A model generated the notes under the pieces. It was not told where the DNA came from. It saw only the letters and a list, made by a program, of their open reading frames with translations, and made no database searches. The translations under genes and the position numbers were made by a program. This document shows positions 9,722 through 17,596 of a stretch of 54,025 nucleotides of DNA, one piece after another (positions within the stretch are counted from its first letter, which is position 1; each line of letters starts with the position of its first letter). The DNA is from Candidatus Sumerlaeota bacterium (GTDB taxonomy: Bacteria; UBP6; UBA1177), in the NCBI GenBank assembly GCA_007132725.1, contig SLOD01000086.1, positions 1 to 54,025 of the forward strand. Reading direction: 5' to 3'.

Positions 9722-10945
9722 CTATTTCAGAACATCCTCTATTATGTCAAGGGCCCAGTCAAGCTCTTCTTTTGTTATTATCAATGGAGGAGCAAACCTG
9801 ATTATCCATTCATGAGTTTCTTTTGCAAGAACCCCTTTTTCCTTCATTGCTGTCGTATATATTCTTGCTTTGCCCGCTTCTTTTTTAAGAACCACCGCAT
9901 TAAGAAGTCCTTTTCCCCTGATCTGAGCAACCTTGGGGCTGTTCATTTTAACAAGCCTTTCTCTGAAATATTGACCAAGCTCTTCCGATCTTTCATCAAG
10001 TTTTTCATCAACAAGGACATCTATCGCTGCTGATGCAACAACACAGCCAAGAGGATTTCCTCCAAATGTGGAACCGTGTGATCCGGGAGTGAATACACCC
10101 ATGATATCTTTATTGGCAGCTACTGCTGAAACAGGAAACACCCCGCCACCAAGAGCTTTTCCCATAATTATTACATCAGGAACTATTCCTTCATGCATAA
10201 AAGCAAACTTTTTACCTGTTCTGGAAAATCCGGTCTGCACTTCATCACATGCAAAGAGAATGTTGTTTTTGTCACATATTTCACGAACACCTTTCAGATA
10301 ACCGTCATGAGGAACAAAAACTCCCGCTTCTCCCTGAATAGGCTCCAAAAGAATGCCTGCCGTATTGGCAGTGACAGCATCTTCTATCGCTTTAAGATCG
10401 TTGTATTTTACAACTTTAAATCCAGGGGTGTAAGGACCGTAATTGTTTTTTGCAACAGAATCTGTTGAAAAGGAAACTATTGTTGTAGTTCTTCCATGAA
10501 AATTTTCTTCCATTACAATAATTTCCGCCTTATCATGAGGGATTCCTTTCTTTTCATATCCCCACCGACGCATAACTTTTATAGCTGTTTCTACAGCTTC
10601 AGCACCAGTATTCATGGGAAGTATCATTTCTTTACCGGTATATGCCGCAAGTTTTTCAGCAAAAAGAGGCCATTTGTCATTAAAAAAAGCCCGGCTTGTG
10701 AGAGTTAAAATATCAGCCTGATCTTTAAGAGCTTTAATTATCCTGGGATGTCTGTGTCCCTGATTGACTGCACTGTAGGCACTTAGGCAATCCATGTACT
10801 TCCTGCCTTCCGGATCCCAAACCCATACACCTTCTGCTTTTGAAATTACAACTTCAAGCGGATGGTAATTGTGTGCCCCGTAAGTGTGTTCCAAATTCAT
10901 AAGCTCGGCACTGCTTTTCGTCTTTTTCTTACAACAACATCCCAT
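9722..10945 (-). CDS. rocD: Ornithine--oxo-acid aminotransferase (class III PLP aminotransferase)
   Basis: 'YGAHNYHPL', 'DEVQTGFSRTGK' and 'GSHGSTFGGNPL' are typical of OAT/RocD. GGAGG lies 5 nt upstream of ATG 10945. The ORF is open to 10966. Confidence 0.75.
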   Translation of the reverse strand: MGCCCKKKTKSSAELMNLEHTYGAHNYHPLEVVISKAEGVWVWDPEGRKYMDCLSAYSAVNQGHRHPRIIKALKDQADILTLTSRAFFNDKWPLFAEKLAAYTGKEMILPMNTGAEAVETAIKVMRRWGYEKKGIPHDKAEIIVMEENFHGRTTTIVSFSTDSVAKNNYGPYTPGFKVVKYNDLKAIEDAVTANTAGILLEPIQGEAGVFVPHDGYLKGVREICDKNNILFACDEVQTGFSRTGKKFAFMHEGIVPDVIIMGKALGGGVFPVSAVAANKDIMGVFTPGSHGSTFGGNPLGCVVASAAIDVLVDEKLDERSEELGQYFRERLVKMNSPKVAQIRGKGLLNAVVLKKEAGKARIYTTAMKEKGVLAKETHEWIIRFAPPLIITKEELDWALDIIEDVLK

Positions 10946-11077
10946 CTTGTCCTCCATCATAATCATAAATAAATCTAAAGTTCCATGATATCAAAAGAAC
11001 AAATATTTCAAAAGATTCTATACGGGGCAACTATGCTAAATCAAGGAAAAAATAAAGAATTTTAAAGTATTTACTAA

Positions 11078-14000
11078 CTACTGGTTTTCTCTCTGTAATC
11101 TGTTGAGAGACCTGGAAGCTCTTTTGTAGTATTCGTTGTCTTTGGGCACTATTCTCATCACTTCTCTGAATCTTTCTCTTGCAAGTTGAGGATCCTCTAT
11201 TCTTAAAGCCCGTCCTTCAAGGTAAAGTTCTTTTGCTCTTTCATTGAGCTCTTCATCATCATCCTCAATGGTACCATCTTCTCTTACAGATGCCTTTTCA
11301 GCTTCTGTAAGATTTCTGTTTAGAAAAAATATCTCATCTTCTATCATTTTTCTTTCAGAAGGATCTTTTATCAAATTGAGATATCTTCTAAAATAACTCA
11401 AAGATCTCCTGTAGTTCTTTTTTTCTTTATAAATAAAAGCTAATTGACGGAGAGCCTGAATATCATCTTTGTCGGCACGGAGAGATTTTCTGTAATAGGC
11501 AACCGCCGTGTCCATCTCCCCTCTTTCATAGTAGATCCTTGCCAGATATCTATGAGCATTGGGGTTGCCGCTTCTTTCTGCCATTTTAAAATATTTGAGA
11601 GCCTCTTTTATATTGTTAACATGCAGAAAACACTCTCCTATCTCAAGATATGCCTCTTTTCTCAGTTCGGGGCTTGTAACCCGTCTAAAGTATTGCAGAG
11701 CACTGCGGTAATCATCAAGATTTTTGTAAACAATACCTTTTAGCAGCATCAGTGTCTGATTTTTAGGATCGATCTTTTCTGCAGCATTAATCTTTTCAAT
11801 AGCTCCTTTAAAGTCATTTCTTTTTATAAGTATTCTTGCATACATCATGTGGTTGTCAAAATTTCTCATTTCAAGAGACACCGCTCTACTGATCTCTGAT
11901 TCTGCTTCAGTATATTTAGCCATGGAATAAAGGACTTTTGACTTTTTGTAATGGAGAAATGAATTCCCCGAATTAAGCTCAATAGCTCTATCAATGTATT
12001 TGAGAGCTTCGTCATATTCTTTCAAAGCGAGGAAAGCGTTTGAAAGAGAAACATAGCTTCTGAACATGTGTCTTTCTCTGAAATCTCCGTCTTCAAGGAG
12101 CGAAATTACATCTTTCCATCGCCCTTCTTTTTCAAGAGCTTCGATATATGCTTGCAGATACCTGTAGTTCCCCGGAGAAACATTGTATGCCCGCTCAAGA
12201 TTTCTTGATGCTTCGGAATATTTGTGCTGATCATATAGCAATGTTCCGTAATAGTGATAAACTCTTTCATCTCCTTTAACATTTCTCTCTATCGCATTTT
12301 TATAAAAGACTTCTGCATTATTAAAATTGCCTTCCTGGTGCAGAATTATTGCTCTGACTAGATTATAGGCATATGTTTCCTTTCCAAGAACACCTATTTT
12401 TTCAGAAATATCTTTCAATTCATCAATTCTATTGAACTCAAGAAGCACCGTAGCTTTTGCAAGATACGGCTCTATCATCGAAGGACTGGCTGAAATAGCT
12501 TTATCATAGAATTCCAGTGCTTTTCCCTGATCTCCAAGTTCATAGTATATATTCCCCAATCTCAACAAAAGACCGCCATCTTTTATTGAAGCCAAATCCA
12601 ATTTGGCAAGTTCAAGATAGACTCTGTCTCTTTGACCTATTCGTGTAAATATTTCAGATTTTCCAAGAATAGCAGGGGGGTATTTAGCATCAATATTCAG
12701 AGCCATATCATAATACTCCATAGCTTTGGAAGAGTTGCCTGTCTGAACATAAAAATCTGCTATTGTCGCAAGAGCACTGGTGTCTGTTTTATTTATTTCG
12801 ACCGCTTTTTCATAGTTTGCTATGGCTTCCCTTATATCTCCTCTTCTATGGGCCGCTTGGGCTATCATTTGAAAATATTCCGCTTTTTGGAAATCTTCCG
12901 CAACAGATATTATTCCTGTATCAATCCCTCGGAGAAACTCTTCAGCTTCTTTCACCCTGTCAGGATTGTTCATAAGTATCTGGCCTTTAAGAAGATGAGC
13001 TCTTAAGTAGGATGGATTTTCCGATATGACTCTGTTCAAAAAAGCTATAGCTGACTGAGAGTCACCGTTCCTGTATTTCATATCAGCAAGAGCATAGGTG
13101 ATTTTGGCACTCCTTCCTTTGCTGTGGACAAAACCGGTGTTAAAAAAGTTTTCCGCATTCTTCAGGTCATTTTTTCCAGTAGCACAAAGACCGAGAATAT
13201 AAAAAACCTCCGGATCATCAGAATTTATAAAAGGCTGAAGAATTCTTATCCCTTCATCAAAGTTTCTCTGGATATAATGAGAAAGAGCTCTTGCTTTAAT
13301 AAGGTCAAGATTGTTCGGGGCATGTGACAGCTCTTCTACTATTTTATCAGTCGTAACATTCACAGGCTCTATTCTTCTGTCATAAGATACGATCATATTG
13401 AATTTTACCTGACCATCAAGTCCGACCGGACTTGGAGCCCGCTCACCGGGCTTAATATATTGCCTTAAAATTCCTATGCTTTTAATATAATCCTGAGGAA
13501 GATCCCTGTTAAGAGCTTCACGGACATCAAGGAGAGTTCCGGTATGTACAGCTATTGACTCGCTTATTTTATCAAGAACATCGCCTCTAGTTCCTGCCAT
13601 GTAATTAATGTAATAGTACACGCCTCCACCTATCATCCCCAATAAAATAATGGTAGAAACAGCAAGAACAGCAAAAAATGGAACACCTCCCCCTATTTTT
13701 CTTTTTTTAGACCTCAATGAGCCTGTTTTTTCCATTTCTGAATCTGTCAATTCTTCAGGAATAAAAACATGATCTACCGGACCGGAAACATTTCCTATAC
13801 CTGTCATCGAAGTCCCTTCGAACTCAGAAGGAACAGCATCGCTGAAAAGGCCGGTGTCTGAAGTATCGCCTTCTTCATTTTCACTCTTGACACTAAGGTT
13901 AGATTTGAAGGGAATTGAGTCTTCGTCACCCACTCCATGAAAAATTTCCATGTCAGATTCAGAAGACCCCTCAGGTTCAGAAAATTCTTCAGATCCAGAG

Positions 14001-14812
14001 GTCTCTTCAGCTCCGGCAGCACTTGATTCCCAGGAAAAACCGTCATGAGAAATATCATCTTCCGGAGAAATAACTCCTTTTAACATCAGGTCTTCAAGCT
14101 GATCTTCGCGAAAAGGTCCTACTATTTCCCCGGAATCTTTCTTTTTAAAATATATAGTTCCCTCTATGTTTTCACTATTGTCAGATTCTTCATCCGGTTC
14201 AAAAACATTTTTTACAAAATCATCAGTGGAATCTTTTCCATCCTTTTCAGTTTGCGGAGAAAAAAGATCGGGATCATCTTCAAAAAGATCGGATGAAGAA
14301 ACATCATCACCTTTTTTTTCCTCTTCAGCAAAACTTTCAAATTCTGAAATATCATCAAATTTTGAATAAGAATCTCCTGCTTCCTTCTTTTCTACAGAAT
14401 CGGGATCATTATAGTTGTCATCAAAAAAATCTGTTTTTGCATCATACCTGTCACTTGAAATTTCTATTCCTGAAAAAAGATCATCGTCTTTTGGACTGTA
14501 TTCACTTTCAGAATCTTCAAAAAGAGAAGACCTTTCAATATTCCCGTCTATATTGTTTTCTAAAGAAGAGTCCGTGTTTTCTGAACCTTCTGATTGGTCC
14601 GGAGATTCCCCGATCTTATGATTGACTGTTATTTCGGGACTTTCTTCATCTTCAGGAAGTTCCGGCTTTTCATCTTCTGCAGGATCACTTCCGGTTTCTT
14701 CTTTAAAAAGATCTTCTTCTTCACTATCTTTTTCAAAGGGAAGGGTCGGATCTTCATGGAGTCCTTTTTCGCCATTGTCTTTAGTGGGCCCTGCTTGAGA
14801 AACTTCATCCAT
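11078..14812 (-). CDS. Acidic IDR + GYF domain + single TM + very long TPR-repeat protein; probably the body of a gene that begins at 14983
   Basis: GYF_2-like 'IYFKKKDSGEIVGPFREDQLEDLMLKGVISPEDDISHDGFSWES'. TM helix 'VPFFAVLAVSTIILLGMIGGGVYYYI'. About 800 aa of TPR-like repeats (A..Y..A..L.P....A pattern). No Shine-Dalgarno before ATG 14812. Confidence 0.75.
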   Translation of the reverse strand: MDEVSQAGPTKDNGEKGLHEDPTLPFEKDSEEEDLFKEETGSDPAEDEKPELPEDEESPEITVNHKIGESPDQSEGSENTDSSLENNIDGNIERSSLFEDSESEYSPKDDDLFSGIEISSDRYDAKTDFFDDNYNDPDSVEKKEAGDSYSKFDDISEFESFAEEEKKGDDVSSSDLFEDDPDLFSPQTEKDGKDSTDDFVKNVFEPDEESDNSENIEGTIYFKKKDSGEIVGPFREDQLEDLMLKGVISPEDDISHDGFSWESSAAGAEETSGSEEFSEPEGSSESDMEIFHGVGDEDSIPFKSNLSVKSENEEGDTSDTGLFSDAVPSEFEGTSMTGIGNVSGPVDHVFIPEELTDSEMEKTGSLRSKKRKIGGGVPFFAVLAVSTIILLGMIGGGVYYYINYMAGTRGDVLDKISESIAVHTGTLLDVREALNRDLPQDYIKSIGILRQYIKPGERAPSPVGLDGQVKFNMIVSYDRRIEPVNVTTDKIVEELSHAPNNLDLIKARALSHYIQRNFDEGIRILQPFINSDDPEVFYILGLCATGKNDLKNAENFFNTGFVHSKGRSAKITYALADMKYRNGDSQSAIAFLNRVISENPSYLRAHLLKGQILMNNPDRVKEAEEFLRGIDTGIISVAEDFQKAEYFQMIAQAAHRRGDIREAIANYEKAVEINKTDTSALATIADFYVQTGNSSKAMEYYDMALNIDAKYPPAILGKSEIFTRIGQRDRVYLELAKLDLASIKDGGLLLRLGNIYYELGDQGKALEFYDKAISASPSMIEPYLAKATVLLEFNRIDELKDISEKIGVLGKETYAYNLVRAIILHQEGNFNNAEVFYKNAIERNVKGDERVYHYYGTLLYDQHKYSEASRNLERAYNVSPGNYRYLQAYIEALEKEGRWKDVISLLEDGDFRERHMFRSYVSLSNAFLALKEYDEALKYIDRAIELNSGNSFLHYKKSKVLYSMAKYTEAESEISRAVSLEMRNFDNHMMYARILIKRNDFKGAIEKINAAEKIDPKNQTLMLLKGIVYKNLDDYRSALQYFRRVTSPELRKEAYLEIGECFLHVNNIKEALKYFKMAERSGNPNAHRYLARIYYERGEMDTAVAYYRKSLRADKDDIQALRQLAFIYKEKKNYRRSLSYFRRYLNLIKDPSERKMIEDEIFFLNRNLTEAEKASVREDGTIEDDDEELNERAKELYLEGRALRIEDPQLARERFREVMRIVPKDNEYYKRASRSLNRLQRENQ

Positions 14813-14878
14813 CCGGTTGTGAAAAAGACCGACTATATCATCTTCTTCAACCGGCTGTTCTGTTTTTTTCTTTACCCT

Positions 14879-14983
14879 TTACTGGTTTTCACACACAGAG
14901 CACTTTACCAAAAGACCCTTGTCAGGAATCCTTGCATCATCAATGTTGTAAACCGTACTGCAATGAGGACATGTGATTTTCAT
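14879..14983 (-). CDS. MJ0042-type zinc-ribbon mini-ORF (34 codons + TAA), in frame with the downstream TPR ORF
   Basis: Manual reverse-complement gives 'MKITCPHCSTVYNIDDARIPDKGLLVKCSVCENQ*', with a CPxC...CxxC pattern. GGGGGA Shine-Dalgarno upstream. 14983-14812 = 171 nt, so the two ORFs share a frame. Confidence 0.6.
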   Translation of the reverse strand: MKITCPHCSTVYNIDDARIPDKGLLVKCSVCENQ

Positions 14984-15007
14984 TTTTCCCCCTATCGACC
15001 TTATATT

Positions 15008-15691
15008 TTATTCTGCAACATCAAAAATCAGTCTGTTCTCCGCTTTCAGAAGACTTGCCAAAGAATAAAGTCCTGAGCCGGTATTAATATCAGCCCCTGA
15101 AAAAAGAACATTTTTATAATAGCTATAAACCACTGCACTCAATTTATTTTTTCCTGCAGTTAAAATCCTTTCGCCTTCTCTAAGCTTTACATGTCCTAAA
15201 GGTTCCATCCGTTTCACTTGAAAAATTAATGTCTCTTTGTCCATTCCGGTTTTTTCAGAAAAATTTTTCAGCATCACTGCCGCAGGCATGTCCGGTTCTC
15301 CATCTTCTGTCTGTTCAGCAAAAGGAATAATTTCCTCAAGGAAACGAATGCAACTGAAATCTGTCAAGGAAACAGGAGAAACTGTGTTCCATACTCTGCC
15401 GATATGTTTAACAAATGTTGTGAAAGATATTTGCGGGTTTTCAAAAATATGCTTTCTGGCCTCTTCTTCCTCAAGGATTTGAATCAGCGTCTCCTCCGAG
15501 GCAACAGCTGTATAAGGACTTGGCTTATCTAGCAAAAGTCCCTCTTCTCCAAAAATGTCCCCATCGGAAAGAGTAAAGTTTTGATTATCCGTTACAACCT
15601 TAACTTTTCCTCTTATGATCATATAAACTGCATTTGACACATCATTTTTGGCAAGGATCAATTCTCCAGCCGAATATGACTTGTCACTCAT
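15008..15691 (-). CDS. Cyclic-nucleotide-binding domain protein, Crp/Fnr-like
   Basis: N-terminal cNMP-binding fold signature 'GDIFGEEGLL...PYTAVA'. The C-terminal half may form a winged helix. ATGA overlap with the upstream DtxR-family gene. Confidence 0.6.
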   Translation of the reverse strand: MSDKSYSAGELILAKNDVSNAVYMIIRGKVKVVTDNQNFTLSDGDIFGEEGLLLDKPSPYTAVASEETLIQILEEEEARKHIFENPQISFTTFVKHIGRVWNTVSPVSLTDFSCIRFLEEIIPFAEQTEDGEPDMPAAVMLKNFSEKTGMDKETLIFQVKRMEPLGHVKLREGERILTAGKNKLSAVVYSYYKNVLFSGADINTGSGLYSLASLLKAENRLIFDVAE

Positions 15692-16140
15692 TTTTTATCT
15701 CCGGAAGAATCTTTATTCCCATCAACACATTTATACTTGCAGTTATCTATTTTTTCAACCAAATCTTTAAATTTTTTAAGAGCATCTCCGGAAACAAGAT
15801 GTTCTACTCCACATGCAATGTTATCAGCTTCATTCTCTTCGATACCGAGAATATCTCTGAAAAAATGCCTGAAAAGTTTGTGTCTGGATGTTATTTCCTG
15901 AGCAATACTTCTGCCAAAATCAGTCAATGTTATGTATCCATGAGCTTCATGCTCGACAAGACCTTTTTGAACCAGATCTTTAACAGCTCTGGTAACAGTG
16001 GCTCTTCTGACACTCAGTTTTTCCGCTATCTCTTTGTTTCTTGTTACTTTGCTGGTCATCATAAGGCAGTATATTGTTTCAAGGTAGTCTTCCTGAGTGG
16101 GAGTCAGAAGCTGTTTTATTTCAAGTTGTTTCTCGTTCAT
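15688..16140 (-). CDS. mntR: DtxR/MntR-family metal-dependent transcriptional repressor
   Basis: 'TQEDYLETIYCL', HTH 'IAEKLSVRRATVTRAVKDL' and a metal-site-like 'HEAH...E..H' region. ATG 16140 forms an ATGA overlap with the coaBC stop, preceded by GGGAGGAG. The ORF is open to 16155. Confidence 0.75.
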   Translation of the reverse strand: MNEKQLEIKQLLTPTQEDYLETIYCLMMTSKVTRNKEIAEKLSVRRATVTRAVKDLVQKGLVEHEAHGYITLTDFGRSIAQEITSRHKLFRHFFRDILGIEENEADNIACGVEHLVSGDALKKFKDLVEKIDNCKYKCVDGNKDSSGDKK

Positions 16141-17345
16141 TGCTTCTCCTCCCAAAGTTGTATTGCTTTTTTTACGATTTTCGTTCCTATAATGTTTTTA
16201 TGAGTCTTTTCAATTATTTCAACTTCTTTTTCTGTTATCAGCTTAACTGTGTTTGTCTCAGATCCGAAAGGATTATGGTTCCCGGTTATCAGATTGGCTG
16301 CGATCATATCCAGTTTTTTATCCTCCAGTTTCTTTTTAGCATTAAGTTCCAGCTCTTCAGTTTCTGCAGCAAAACCAATTCTCACAGACCTTTTTTTCAT
16401 TAAACTGATGCTCGCTTTTAAAATATCTTTTGTTCTGCGAAGCACAATGGTCATATCTTCTGTGGATTTTTTGATCTTTGACAAACTTTTTTGCGGTGAA
16501 AAATCAGCAACAGCAGCACTCATTATAAATATATCCGCTTCCGGAACCAGATCTAAAACTGTAGTGGCACAATCCTCAGCGGAAGAAACCGGAATAAACC
16601 GGTATTTTATACCTGCAGGCTTAACTACATTCACCCCTACAAAAGTAACATCTCCGCCAAATAAATGTGCGGCATCTGATATTGCCAAACCGGTTTTTCC
16701 GGATGATCCATTGGTGATAAATCTTACAGGATCTATGTATTCCCTGGTAGCTCCTCCGGTAATAAGCCATTTCATTTTCCGTTTACTTTCCGGGACAAGA
16801 ATTTTCAGTATTGTCGAAAGAATTTCATTGGGCTCAGCCATCCTCCCTTTTCCTGAAGTTCCACAGGCAAGCTCTCCCGTTCCCGCACAAACAAAATGAA
16901 TGCCGGGTCTTGAAGATAGTTTCCCGTGGTTATCTCTGTATGAGTCATTTTCATACATCGCCGTATTCATTCCCGGAGCAATAACAACAGGGACTGTTGC
17001 AGCCATAAGTATTGTCGAAAGAAGATCGTCCGCTATCCCATTTGCCATTTTTCCAATAATGTTTGCCGTTGCAGGAGCAACGACTATCATATCAACATCC
17101 TGGGCATGTACGATGTGATCTATTTTTGAAGGGTTTTTAGTTCTGAAAGTATCATAAAGGGGAGTTTTTCCACTCAAAGCCTCCCATGTTGACGGACCGA
17201 CAAATTCTTTGGAGTTTTCGGTACCTATCACCTGCACCTCTGCTCCTTCTTTTGTTAACAACCTTAAAAGGTACGCCGATTTATATGCGGCAATTCCCCC
17301 TGTTACACCAAGAACTATCTTAAATCCTTTTAATTTTTGCTCCAT
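16137..17345 (-). CDS. coaBC: Bifunctional phosphopantothenoylcysteine decarboxylase / phosphopantothenate--cysteine ligase
   Basis: 402 aa. Flavoprotein N-terminus 'ILGVTGGIAAYKS', 'APATANIIGKMANGIADDLL', and CoaB half 'ITGGATREYIDPVRFITNGSSGK'. Confidence 0.9.
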   Translation of the reverse strand: MEQKLKGFKIVLGVTGGIAAYKSAYLLRLLTKEGAEVQVIGTENSKEFVGPSTWEALSGKTPLYDTFRTKNPSKIDHIVHAQDVDMIVVAPATANIIGKMANGIADDLLSTILMAATVPVVIAPGMNTAMYENDSYRDNHGKLSSRPGIHFVCAGTGELACGTSGKGRMAEPNEILSTILKILVPESKRKMKWLITGGATREYIDPVRFITNGSSGKTGLAISDAAHLFGGDVTFVGVNVVKPAGIKYRFIPVSSAEDCATTVLDLVPEADIFIMSAAVADFSPQKSLSKIKKSTEDMTIVLRRTKDILKASISLMKKRSVRIGFAAETEELELNAKKKLEDKKLDMIAANLITGNHNPFGSETNTVKLITEKEVEIIEKTHKNIIGTKIVKKAIQLWEEKQ

Positions 17346-17398
17346 TGCTGACCCCGAACAACAAAAACAAACCCTAAAATAAAGTCCGTGCGGGAAGT

Positions 17399-17408
17399 AT
17401 TATATCAA
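17399..17408 (-). promoter_or_regulatory. Putative extended -10 promoter element (TGATATAAT) for the coaBC operon
   Basis: The reverse complement of 17399-17408 reads TTGATATAAT (TGnTATAAT), ~50 nt upstream of ATG 17345. There is no strong -35. Confidence 0.35.
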
Positions 17409-17517
17409 GTAATAAAAAATAATACATAAATTTTTGACAATTATTGCCAAACCTCTGCTTCCAGCCTCTCTATTAACAATTAAAGCAGGCGGAGGAGGAA
17501 TTAGTCTGCTCAAATAG

Positions 17518-17547
17518 TTGACTTTTCCAAAATTCTAAGAATATTTA
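17518..17547 (+). promoter_or_regulatory. Putative sigma-70 promoter for the FHA gene
   Basis: TTGACT at 17518-17523, followed 16-18 nt later by an AT-rich AATATTTA block. The -10 match is weak. Confidence 0.3.
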
Positions 17548-17596
17548 AGGGAGAGAAATGTTTTGAATGCTGACCGCACTCAGAGGAGTTTTGATC

